Positions 7,928-16,309 of a stretch of 21,084 nt of DNA are shown piece by piece (position 1 is the stretch's first letter; the number at the start of each line of letters is the position of its first letter). The notes beneath the pieces are model-generated. The model was not told the DNA's origin. It ran no database searches and worked only from the letters and a program-made list of their open reading frames with translations. This DNA comes from Candidatus Thorarchaeota archaeon SMTZ1-45. Its GTDB lineage: Archaea > Asgardarchaeota > Thorarchaeia > Thorarchaeales > Thorarchaeaceae. The stretch lies in assembly GCA_001563335.1 (NCBI GenBank), contig LRSL01000056.1, positions 1 to 21,084 on the forward strand. The letters are read 5' to 3'. Both the position numbers and the translations under genes were made by a program.

Positions 7928-8476
7928 ATGCCTGCTGAGTACCGCTACAAGATTGTCATGTTAGGAGACGGTGCTGTAGGCAAAACAGCTATGACAACTC
8001 GATTTACCCAGAACTTCTTTGATACAGACTACAAACGCACTATCGGGAGTGACTTTGCTGTTAAAAGACTTCAACTAGATGATATTAATGCGCATGTGAC
8101 TCTGCAAATATGGGATCTTGCAGGTCAGCCAAGATTCGAGTCTGTGCGTCAAGGATTCTATAGAGGTGCGCGAGGTGGTCTCTTGCTATATGATGTGACT
8201 CGAAGACGGACATTCATTAATATAGAAAACTGGAAAGAAGAAGCTTTCAGGAGTCTACAAAAAGAGATACCTTTGGTCGTAGTAGCAAACAAGGTAGACC
8301 TGAAAGATAGTCGAGTTGTCGCTACAGAAGAGGGAGAAGAGTACGCCAAGAATAACAGTTTCATGTATGTTGAGTCTAGTGCATTAACTGGAGAAAATGT
8401 CGAAGAGGCATATGCCAATCTTTGTAGGATAATGATTGAAGAATCTAAAGACATCAGCGAAATGACATCAACATAG
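7928..8476 (+). CDS. Rab-like small GTPase (Asgard type, no C-terminal prenylation motif)
   Basis: G1 GDGAVGKT, G2 TIG, G3 WDLAGQ, G4 NKVD, G5 SAL; RabF-like IGSDF, TLQIW, RFESVR, FYRGA, LLYDVT. Confidence 0.93.
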   Translation: MPAEYRYKIVMLGDGAVGKTAMTTRFTQNFFDTDYKRTIGSDFAVKRLQLDDINAHVTLQIWDLAGQPRFESVRQGFYRGARGGLLLYDVTRRRTFINIENWKEEAFRSLQKEIPLVVVANKVDLKDSRVVATEEGEEYAKNNSFMYVESSALTGENVEEAYANLCRIMIEESKDISEMTST

Positions 8477-8482
8477 CAATCG

Positions 8483-9610
8483 TTATGCTTTCCTGGCGGT
8501 TCCTTTCAATAGACCTAATTCACGTTTGCATTGCCAAACTAGATAGAAGACCTTCTTTGTTGCTAAGGTTTCTTCATTATAATTCGCACAGAGGTCTTCA
8601 AACCTCTTGATTAGTCCATCTCTTGTTTCAAGACTTAATGTAGACTTAATTTCCTCCAAAAGTGCTTCAAATGGAGCTATGGTGGCTGCAAGATCAGTCA
8701 CCTCCCAACGTATGATAGCACCAGTACCATCAGCAGTCAGGAAAGAGGATGTATTGGGATACCACTCAATCCCATCAATTTCACCCATGGTTCTAGCTTC
8801 GCCCTGAATAGCTAGTTTCTCAGTATCCCAGAGATAGATTGTTTTATCGCTAGAACCAGAAGCAAGGTACTTACCATCCTCACTAAAGGAGATTGCTCGA
8901 ACCTCGGTGATATGGCCTCGAAGTATGTGGTCTGCTTTCATCGGTTTCCCAGATGAGTCCCAGAGAATCGTGCTAAGATCGGAGGAGCAGGATGCTAGAC
9001 GAGACCCATCAGGAGAGAAACGGACTTGTTGCACAGCAGCACTGTGTTCACTGTGACGATGAATCATTTTACCAGAGTTTGAATCCCACTCACAAATATT
9101 GGCATCAACAGATCCTGAAACAATTCGATCACCTTTTGGATCCCAGTCACAGGCTACGACATAGAAACCGTGTCCCTTCAAATGGAGAATCCGTGAATGA
9201 TTTTCAACATCCCAGATCATCAGGGTAGTATCACCACTTCCAGACACTAGCTTGTTGCCATCGGGTGAAAAAGCCAATGCAAGAACAGGATATTCATGAC
9301 CTTCTAAAGTGGCAATACAATCTCCAGTTCTGATATCCCAGAGTTTCACAACACGTTCAACACTTCCAGAGGCTACAATGTCACCTCTTGGACTAAAGGC
9401 TATAGAGGTGCAGAGAAACTCATCTTGCATCCGTTGCATCTCTTCACCATTATCAGCAGCAAATAGTCTAATACTGCGGTCCTGCATTGCGGCTGCAAAC
9501 ATACGTCCAACCTTGTTCATAACAAACCGGCGAGTGATCTCAGATCCATGCTCAGCCTGAGTCCTAAGTATGATTGGTTTCAGAAATATTGAGGTTTCTA
9601 GAGTATCCAT
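8483..9610 (-). CDS. WD40 beta-propeller protein (about 7 blades) with short C-terminal helical domain
   Basis: Seven repeats ending IRLFA, VKLWD, LMIWD, ICEWD, TILWD, IYLWD, IIRWE, several preceded by GH/EH dipeptides, then a helical tail of about 70 aa. Start uncertain (9610 or 9625). Confidence 0.92.
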   Translation of the reverse strand: MDTLETSIFLKPIILRTQAEHGSEITRRFVMNKVGRMFAAAMQDRSIRLFAADNGEEMQRMQDEFLCTSIAFSPRGDIVASGSVERVVKLWDIRTGDCIATLEGHEYPVLALAFSPDGNKLVSGSGDTTLMIWDVENHSRILHLKGHGFYVVACDWDPKGDRIVSGSVDANICEWDSNSGKMIHRHSEHSAAVQQVRFSPDGSRLASCSSDLSTILWDSSGKPMKADHILRGHITEVRAISFSEDGKYLASGSSDKTIYLWDTEKLAIQGEARTMGEIDGIEWYPNTSSFLTADGTGAIIRWEVTDLAATIAPFEALLEEIKSTLSLETRDGLIKRFEDLCANYNEETLATKKVFYLVWQCKRELGLLKGTARKA

Positions 9611-9782
9611 TTCTGTCACACACACAGGACCATTTCAGATGGCTGAGCTTTTAGGCTGCGTAAAAGTCTTGTTGATATGTCATTTATTCAGAGTCCCTGC
9701 ATCGTTTTAATTCAAGAAATTGATGTCACATCACAATAATCATTATCTATAGTCATAATGGCCATCAACAGGAGGACAACTA

Positions 9783-11003
9783 TTGGCTAGGAAAACTGAG
9801 CGTTCAATTGATTCAGCCTTGGGAGGAAGTGAAACAGTCGACCGTTTGAAAAAAGCAATGAAGGGAATCATGAAAAAACCCAATGATATTGTAAACAAGA
9901 TGTTGGCTAATTTAACTAGTATTCAGGCTTGTAAGGATGCTGCACTTACAGGGGATGATGACCTTAGAGTACTAGCTGTTTGCAGACTCGGGGAATTCGG
10001 TGATGCGGCTTTCGAAGCACTAGACATATCTCTGAACGATGAGAACCCTATGGTTCGTACAGTTGCTGCAGGAATGTTAGCATATACCGAAGACAAAGAG
10101 GCAATTGATATTCTCAAGCTATACCTAGTTGATAACAATGAAACTGTGAGAGATGCAATCAAATACTCACTAGGCTGGCTAGAGGAATATGCTACAGATA
10201 AGTACCATGGTACTAGAATTCCCGAGAAATGGGAGAATCCAGGCGAGATACTTCTTGATACAGATGTCATACCATTAAAGACATCGGAAGATGTTGAGGT
10301 GACTAGTACCTACACAGCTGCTCCAGAAAGTCTTGAATTTGGAATGACTGTGGAGAATAATACCTTGGAACCAATTCATGAGGTGTCCATCAAGATTTTG
10401 TTGTATCCAAACGAGAGCCTTGAGCCACTAGAATCCTTAAGCCAAGTAATCGATACAATTGAACCGGGAGGGGGTGAAGCTCTAATCTTTGGTTTCAAAG
10501 TGACGAGTGAAATAGTTGAGGGCGAATTCGTCACATCAGTTCAGTTTATTGATTCAAAAGGCGAAGATATCGCAGCAATCTCTGGTAACATTTTTGTAAG
10601 GTCATTTTTCGAGCAGGTGCTTCCATTAGAAATGACTCCAGAGGAGTTGTTGAGTCTGAAGTCCGAAATGAAAGAGTGGAATAGAGAACACTCTTTGGCC
10701 ATTGAAGCAGCAGAACTTTTTGATATTCTCAAAGACCTTTTCCAGGATTGGAATCTCCATACCGTTCAAACTGAGAGTACAGAGAGAGAGAACATGTTCA
10801 TGGGTATTGTGTCAGGAGCAGCGACAGGAAGGATACATGATAACAAATTGGTTGTCACTCTCCCACTTGTTGGAAGACTCAATGATGACCTATCGAAGTT
10901 GAGGATTGACGTTCTCTCAGAGGATCCTGAAGCACTACACACAGTAGCAAGTGTGTTATTTGAGGCAATCCAGCGAAAGCTTGGTGTTATCGAGATTGAC
11001 TAA
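9783..11003 (+). CDS. HEAT-repeat protein with C-terminal Ig-like plus platform domains resembling adaptin/coatomer appendages
   Basis: HEAT/PBS-like repeats (LRVLAVCRLG, DENPMVRTVAAGML, DNNETVRDAIKYSL); beta-sandwich (FGMTVENNT..IHEVSI..IEPG..FGF); platform-like end (SKLRIDVLSEDPEALHTV). An AGGAGG SD precedes the TTG start. The HEAT call is firm; the appendage call is inferred. Confidence 0.65.
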   Translation: MARKTERSIDSALGGSETVDRLKKAMKGIMKKPNDIVNKMLANLTSIQACKDAALTGDDDLRVLAVCRLGEFGDAAFEALDISLNDENPMVRTVAAGMLAYTEDKEAIDILKLYLVDNNETVRDAIKYSLGWLEEYATDKYHGTRIPEKWENPGEILLDTDVIPLKTSEDVEVTSTYTAAPESLEFGMTVENNTLEPIHEVSIKILLYPNESLEPLESLSQVIDTIEPGGGEALIFGFKVTSEIVEGEFVTSVQFIDSKGEDIAAISGNIFVRSFFEQVLPLEMTPEELLSLKSEMKEWNREHSLAIEAAELFDILKDLFQDWNLHTVQTESTERENMFMGIVSGAATGRIHDNKLVVTLPLVGRLNDDLSKLRIDVLSEDPEALHTVASVLFEAIQRKLGVIEID

Positions 11004-11081
11004 GTTTGTGAATAGAAAAGTTAACGTGAAGATAGTCATCGACACTAAAACTAGAAATAAGAGTATCTGGAAGCTACAAGA

Positions 11082-11363
11082 ATGATGGAACCAACAGGTT
11101 ATGATGAAAAAGACTTGGAGAAGTGGAAAACGAAAGAGAGTTTTCAGTCACTAGAAAAGTTTGCTCTTAAGAGTGTGGGTAACAAGAAAGTCTACAAACT
11201 CCGAGAGCTCTTGTATAATTTTGATCCGATTCATTTGACTATGTATATGCTTGGAGTGTGCGGGAGGAAGATATTGGTGAAGATTGATACTTTTGATTTT
11301 CCAGATGGTGAACGGCGAGTTGGAATAGAGTTTGTTGAAATAATGAAAATGAATGAATGGTGA
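11082..11363 (+). CDS. Small hypothetical protein
   Basis: 93-aa ATG-initiated ORF filling the gap between two clear genes; no recognisable motif. Confidence 0.55.
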   Translation: MMEPTGYDEKDLEKWKTKESFQSLEKFALKSVGNKKVYKLRELLYNFDPIHLTMYMLGVCGRKILVKIDTFDFPDGERRVGIEFVEIMKMNEW

Positions 11364-11370
11364 TTTTCTC

Positions 11371-11385
11371 AAGTCAGTCTGACTT
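11371..11385. repeat. Perfect inverted repeat AAGTCAG-T-CTGACTT between convergent genes
   Basis: 7-bp arms read directly from the sequence, in the short gap between the stops at 11363 and 11403. Confidence 0.45.
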
Positions 11386-11402
11386 AAACAAAGAGGATTT
11401 TA

Positions 11403-11969
11403 TTAAGTGAGTCCACCGGCTTCAAGAATCTTGATTGCCAGCTCAAGGAATGCTGCTTCGACATTAAGACCTGTCTTTGCAGAGGTTTCTAGAAATGAAG
11501 TGATGACACCCTGAGCAGCAATCCTATTCGCTAATTGTTGTCCCTCGTTAGTGGTCACAATTGTTTGAGCCATTACAGGATTGTCTTTGAACTGGTCACG
11601 AAGATCTGTTTTGTTTGCGATCAAAACAATGGGTATCTTCTTACCTGCATTCGTCCAACACTCTTCCACCCAATTCATGAGGTTATCAAAGGATTTTCTC
11701 TCAACTGTCGAATATACAGCTAATGCACCTTGTGCGCCTTTATAGAACGTAGAACGTACGCTTTTGAAGTGCTCCTGACCAGCTAAGTCCCAAATCTGAA
11801 TACTCACGTCATGACCGCCTTCTAGTTGCATCTTCTTGACGGCGAAGTCTGCACCGATGGTGATCATATAGTTGGCCCTGAAGCCTTCTCCCATGTAAGT
11901 TCTACGGAGACTTGTCTTCCCGACGCTTCCATCTCCCATTAATACAACCTTGAACAATGCAGTGACCAT
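11403..11969 (-). CDS. Rab-like small GTPase with insertion after G4
   Basis: GDGSVGKT, TIGADF, QIWDLAGQ, FYKGA, NKTD, ETSAK. A GGTGA SD precedes the ATG; no C-terminal Cys. Confidence 0.93.
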   Translation of the reverse strand: MVTALFKVVLMGDGSVGKTSLRRTYMGEGFRANYMITIGADFAVKKMQLEGGHDVSIQIWDLAGQEHFKSVRSTFYKGAQGALAVYSTVERKSFDNLMNWVEECWTNAGKKIPIVLIANKTDLRDQFKDNPVMAQTIVTTNEGQQLANRIAAQGVITSFLETSAKTGLNVEAAFLELAIKILEAGGLT

Positions 11970-12170
11970 AGTTTGTCACCTGAATGGTAGAGTGTCTTCT
12001 GGACACTAGCGCGGTATTTGATATTTCCGCTATTTGAGTCTATGCCGATTGAATCTCAATGGAAAATAGAATCCGAAACTATCAAGCAGGGGTTTACTTT
12101 CGGGAAACTGTCCCCCTCAGAGCTATACATTCGGACGGACTAAAGAATTCCATAAAACCCACAATCAATG

Positions 12171-12197
12171 GGGCTGTAATATACTGGCTTACAGTCC
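12171..12197. promoter_or_regulatory. Inverted repeat upstream of the PolB2 cassette (operator or RNA hairpin)
   Basis: GGGCTGTAA-N9-TTACAGTCC: 9-bp arms with one mismatch that would be a G-U pair in + strand RNA. Confidence 0.4.
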
Positions 12198-12246
12198 GGA
12201 GACCGCCCTCTGAACTGTGAGTAACGCCACTAAGAGGATGAAGACC

Positions 12247-12516
12247 TTGGGACGAACAGTCCGCACTTATAGAGATGCGGTTAGGATTGAGGAGGCACGA
12301 TGGAAGGACTTCAGACGGACCCTTAGACCGTCCCAGAGAAACCGTTTCGACCGAATTTTCGACTGTGCAAGAGGATTTGCAGATGCAGGAACGATGATGG
12401 TGACACCACGTATCATTGAGGTCATCCTACTATCTGCAGTCTTAGAGATACTTGGAGAGCTCGATGAGATTCAGAGGAGGGTTCAGGTCTTGGAAGAAAA
12501 GATCGATAACAAGTGA
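12247..12516 (+). CDS. Small alpha-helical PolB2-associated protein (arCOG07300-like)
   Basis: (M)GRTVRTYR..E..RWKDFRRTLR....RFDRIF..AR matches the small protein encoded next to archaeal PolB2. TTG 12247 has a GAGGA SD; the ORF track starts at 12217. Confidence 0.75.
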   Translation: MGRTVRTYRDAVRIEEARWKDFRRTLRPSQRNRFDRIFDCARGFADAGTMMVTPRIIEVILLSAVLEILGELDEIQRRVQVLEEKIDNK

Positions 12517-12522
12517 TGATGA

Positions 12523-14802
12523 ATGAAGAAGACAGGATGGCTCTTGGACTGTAGCGTGGACCAGGAGAAGCAGGCACTGACCCTCTGGATCAAGAGCGAG
12601 GGGAAGACCAAGGGCTATACCTATCGTGGATTTCAGCCCTCTGTGTATGTCAGTACAGACCTGATGAGGAGTATGAATTGGAGTAAGAATGACATTCTGC
12701 ATGCGGTCTTGGAACATCCCAAAGTAGTGCACACAGAGATTGTGAGGAAATATACCAGTGTCTATGATGCGGAGAGGTCTCCAGTTCTACAGGTGTTCAC
12801 TACGCCAGATGCTCAGCGAGAAGTAGCAAGAGACCTCGAGAAACTGCCTGGAGCAACAGTGTTTCATGCTGACATTGACCCAGTCCACCAGTTCTTCATT
12901 GCCAAGGACATGTTCGCCTTTGGACGTGTTGAGTTTGAGCTGAGGGGGGATGAGATTGTTGATGTTGAATGTCTTGACGAGCGAGAAAACCCGAAGTATG
13001 AAATTCCTGAGCTCGAAGAACTGGGATTTGAGGTGTTTGTAGACACCGAGCAGATTTTTCCGCGAATGGAGGATGGGATACATCACATTGAGGTCTACTA
13101 CAGAGGAGAAACAATCCGTATCGAGGACGAAGAGGAGAGGAGTATTCTCTACAGGTTTCAGAGAATAATCGATAAGATAGACCCAGATGTTATATTCACG
13201 AGAAGAGGGGATGAGAGTCTCTTTAGATATCTAAGCCTGCGTGCGAAGGTTAACGGGATGGAGCTGAAACTCTCACGAGATGACTCGCCACTAAAGGTAA
13301 CATACCAGGAGCCTCAGTCGTTCTGGCAATACAACCGGATTGTGTTCAAATCTGGAACACAGGTCACATTGAACGGGAGAATCCATATTGACAGGGGAAA
13401 AACCGGCATGCACTTCTTCTCACCTGTGGGACTGGAGGGAGTAGTGGAGAGCTGCCGTCTTGCTTTGGGTCGACCACAGAGAGTTTCACGGATGACAATC
13501 GGTGGAGTGAACGCAGCTGTACAATATTATAATGCCTTCAAGATGGATATCCTCATACCTCCAGTCAAACGAAACCCTGAGTTTCTCAAGACACTGAATG
13601 AACTGGCATCAATCGATAGAGGGGGACTGATTCTCCAGCCACGACCAGACATCTATGAAAACGTTGCAGAGTGCGACTTCTCATCGATGTATCCTACGCT
13701 TATGGTCAACAAGAACATAAGTCCTGAAACCATCTGCACCCGAACGGACTGTCCCTATGGTAGAGAGCACTGTATCCAAGTTCCTGAGCTGAGTTTTAAG
13801 ATCTGTACTCGGAAGAGGGGAATTGTTTCTGAGTCATTGAAGCTGCTTGTGAACAGACGGATGAAGTTCAAGGATTTGATAGAGGAGGGTCAAGATGCCA
13901 AGAAGTACGAGTTTGTTCAGAACACTCTGAAGGGGGTCCTAGTTTCATGCTTTGGCTATCTTGGCTTTAAAAACGCAAAATTCGGACGGGTTGAGGCTCA
14001 CACTGCAGTTACTGCATTTGCAAGAGATGTCATGCTCAGGACCCAAGAGATTGGAGAAGAAATGGGGCTTGAGATGATTCATGGTATTGTGGACTCAGTC
14101 TGGCTTCAGGCTGAAGGAGAGGTGGAATACGACAACGTGGTTGAGTTCTGTGAGCGTGTGACCAAGGATGTTGAGATTCAGATGTCACCCAAGGGAGTCT
14201 ACAGATGGATGGTCATTCCATCTTCTCGTCTACACCCCTCGATTGCCCCACTGAACCGGTACTATGGAGTCTACAGAAATGGAGGAATAAAAACGCGAGG
14301 GATTGAAACCCGTCGACGTGACACATGTCTCTATGTCGGAGATTGTCAGAAAGAGATGATCAAGACCCTTTCACGAGGTCGGGACAAGGCAGGGTTTCTC
14401 GAACAGATACCAAGCACATACATGGTATGTCAGGAGTACATCAATAGGCTCCATGATGACGATGTTGACCTTAGAGACCTGATTCTTAATTCCACACTCA
14501 CAAGAAATCCCCATGAGTACCGCGCCACATCAAGGGCTGCAGTGGTTGCTCAGCAATTAGTCAAAGCCGGTCGAGAGCTACATGCGGGCCAAAAGGTTCG
14601 ATATGTGATGACATCTGCGGATTCAGAAAACCCCATACGTAGAGTGTGCGCATTGGAGTTGTTCGATGAATCAACGAGATATGACCCTATTGCATATGCG
14701 AAACTCTGCGAACGTGCCTTTGAGAGTCTAGTACCTGCGCAGTATCTTAACTTGAGAAAAGAAACAGATCCTGAGCAGACAGTCCTCATCAAAAATATGT
14801 GA
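12523..14802 (+). CDS. polB2: Family B DNA polymerase, PolB2 (Dpo2) group
   Basis: Motif A ECDFSSMYP and motif B K..LVSCFGY; motif C reads HGIVDS instead of YGDTDS; KTRGIETRRRD. Exonuclease motifs are degenerate. The small partner gene is adjacent. Confidence 0.88.
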   Translation: MKKTGWLLDCSVDQEKQALTLWIKSEGKTKGYTYRGFQPSVYVSTDLMRSMNWSKNDILHAVLEHPKVVHTEIVRKYTSVYDAERSPVLQVFTTPDAQREVARDLEKLPGATVFHADIDPVHQFFIAKDMFAFGRVEFELRGDEIVDVECLDERENPKYEIPELEELGFEVFVDTEQIFPRMEDGIHHIEVYYRGETIRIEDEEERSILYRFQRIIDKIDPDVIFTRRGDESLFRYLSLRAKVNGMELKLSRDDSPLKVTYQEPQSFWQYNRIVFKSGTQVTLNGRIHIDRGKTGMHFFSPVGLEGVVESCRLALGRPQRVSRMTIGGVNAAVQYYNAFKMDILIPPVKRNPEFLKTLNELASIDRGGLILQPRPDIYENVAECDFSSMYPTLMVNKNISPETICTRTDCPYGREHCIQVPELSFKICTRKRGIVSESLKLLVNRRMKFKDLIEEGQDAKKYEFVQNTLKGVLVSCFGYLGFKNAKFGRVEAHTAVTAFARDVMLRTQEIGEEMGLEMIHGIVDSVWLQAEGEVEYDNVVEFCERVTKDVEIQMSPKGVYRWMVIPSSRLHPSIAPLNRYYGVYRNGGIKTRGIETRRRDTCLYVGDCQKEMIKTLSRGRDKAGFLEQIPSTYMVCQEYINRLHDDDVDLRDLILNSTLTRNPHEYRATSRAAVVAQQLVKAGRELHAGQKVRYVMTSADSENPIRRVCALELFDESTRYDPIAYAKLCERAFESLVPAQYLNLRKETDPEQTVLIKNM

Positions 14803-14803
14803 C

Positions 14804-16159
14804 CTATTCGGTCACAGCATGAGCCTGCATCGCAATTCGGGGTCTCAATTCACGGACAGGGATTCCTGTTTCTTTTGAAACACGGAATACATCATCAGCT
14901 TCGGGCTTTATGCTTAGAATACTCCCATCAATGCTTCGAGAGACCTTTACACGAACCATGTATTCTGTACCGTCAATATCGAGACTACAAACAATGGTTT
15001 CACGGACAGCTTTGAGCCTTTGCCAAGTAGTATATCGAATTCCGATTGTCCCAAGGTTCCTAATCATGACATCAGCAATGCTCTTCAGACCAGCTTTGGC
15101 AGCAATTACTTTGACAACATAACAAGGGCGGTTCTTCTTGCCTATGGCGGGTATGATAGTCACATCATAAGCCAGACCCTCATCAAGAAGAGTATCAAAC
15201 AAGGTACCAAGAGTTTCGCCATCAACATCATCGACATTAGTTTCAATGACTATCACGTCATCCTCGTTCCATCCATCGAGCACTTTTGGTGGCTCCTCAG
15301 TTTTAGCTGGTTTCTCTTTAGGAGGTTTTTCCTTGGTAGTTTTCTTTTCTTTCTTCTTAGGCTCTTCCTTGACAGGTTTGGTGACCTCATCTTCTGGAAG
15401 GACCGTTTCACCAATTACGATTGACATCATATTGGGGATCTTGCCAAGATCACGTACACCAAAGCCAAACCCCTGATTCTGTGCAACAAAATCCTCATGC
15501 GAATCCACAAATTTGTCCGTGATTGCAATAAGGATAGCTGCTCCTGTTGGTGTCAGAACTTCTGTTTTTGCATCTCCTTCATGGTATGGAACATCATTTG
15601 CAGTCAACATCTCAGCAACTGCAGGTACTGGGACTTCAAGAGGTCCATGCTCTGTTTCAATAGTTCCGCTACCTACTGCGACTGGAGTAGATAGAAATTC
15701 TGCTTCACCTAAAAGTCCAATTCTGTCAAGGAGATAAGCAGATCCTACAATATCTAGTATAGTATCAACAGTTCCAGTTTCGTGAAGATGAAGTTCTTCC
15801 ACTGGTTTGTTATGAGCTCTACTCTCAGCCTCAAGAAGCTCATTTAGAGCTTTTTCAGCAATCTTCTTTCCGTCTTCTGATAACTCAACCTCTTCAGAAA
15901 CTGAGTCAAGTACCTCCCTTATAGAAGTAGGAGAGAGCCGGATTCCAGTGTTTTGCGAAATCTCGATTTTGCGACCTGTTACTCCAGCATGAGAATGGGA
16001 TACTATGTTTAAACGAAAAGAGGGGTCGTAGATAAGAAGACTGGCTGCAACAGGAAGCAAAGCATCATCTTCACCGATGAGATCTGTGAGAGCAGAGAGA
16101 AACATATCACCTGACGCGCCAGCAGTTGCCACGTCTATGAGCACGGTCTTCTTTGTCAA
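14804..16159 (-). CDS. larC: Nickel pincer cofactor Ni-insertase LarC (DUF111)
   Basis: GASGDMFLSAL, HLHETGTVDTILDIVG, EHGPLEVPVPA, TPTGAAIL, ETNVDD, GKKNRP, GTIGIR, KPEADD. TTG 16159 has an AGGAGG SD at 16169-16174. Confidence 0.92.
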   Translation of the reverse strand: MTKKTVLIDVATAGASGDMFLSALTDLIGEDDALLPVAASLLIYDPSFRLNIVSHSHAGVTGRKIEISQNTGIRLSPTSIREVLDSVSEEVELSEDGKKIAEKALNELLEAESRAHNKPVEELHLHETGTVDTILDIVGSAYLLDRIGLLGEAEFLSTPVAVGSGTIETEHGPLEVPVPAVAEMLTANDVPYHEGDAKTEVLTPTGAAILIAITDKFVDSHEDFVAQNQGFGFGVRDLGKIPNMMSIVIGETVLPEDEVTKPVKEEPKKKEKKTTKEKPPKEKPAKTEEPPKVLDGWNEDDVIVIETNVDDVDGETLGTLFDTLLDEGLAYDVTIIPAIGKKNRPCYVVKVIAAKAGLKSIADVMIRNLGTIGIRYTTWQRLKAVRETIVCSLDIDGTEYMVRVKVSRSIDGSILSIKPEADDVFRVSKETGIPVRELRPRIAMQAHAVTE

Positions 16160-16309
16160 ACAATGTATCCTCCTATTGATATACACCGAGTGGAACAAGC
16201 ACAAGACTCAAACTTTTCATTCTTTTGAGTGTGAACCTCTTATCCATTAATGTTATTCCATTCTAATTGACCTAAATAAGATTATCAGCTTGTATCGATT
16301 TCAAGTGTT

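Noticed and set aside
12174-12194. CTGT...ACAG resembling a LexA SOS box upstream of polB2
   Set aside because: The spacer is 13 nt rather than 8 and the host is archaeal; kept only as a generic inverted repeat.
12523-14802. Casposon, provirus or intein-containing PolB
   Set aside because: No cas1, integrase, capsid gene, terminal repeats or intein motifs were seen; the motifs match cellular PolB2.
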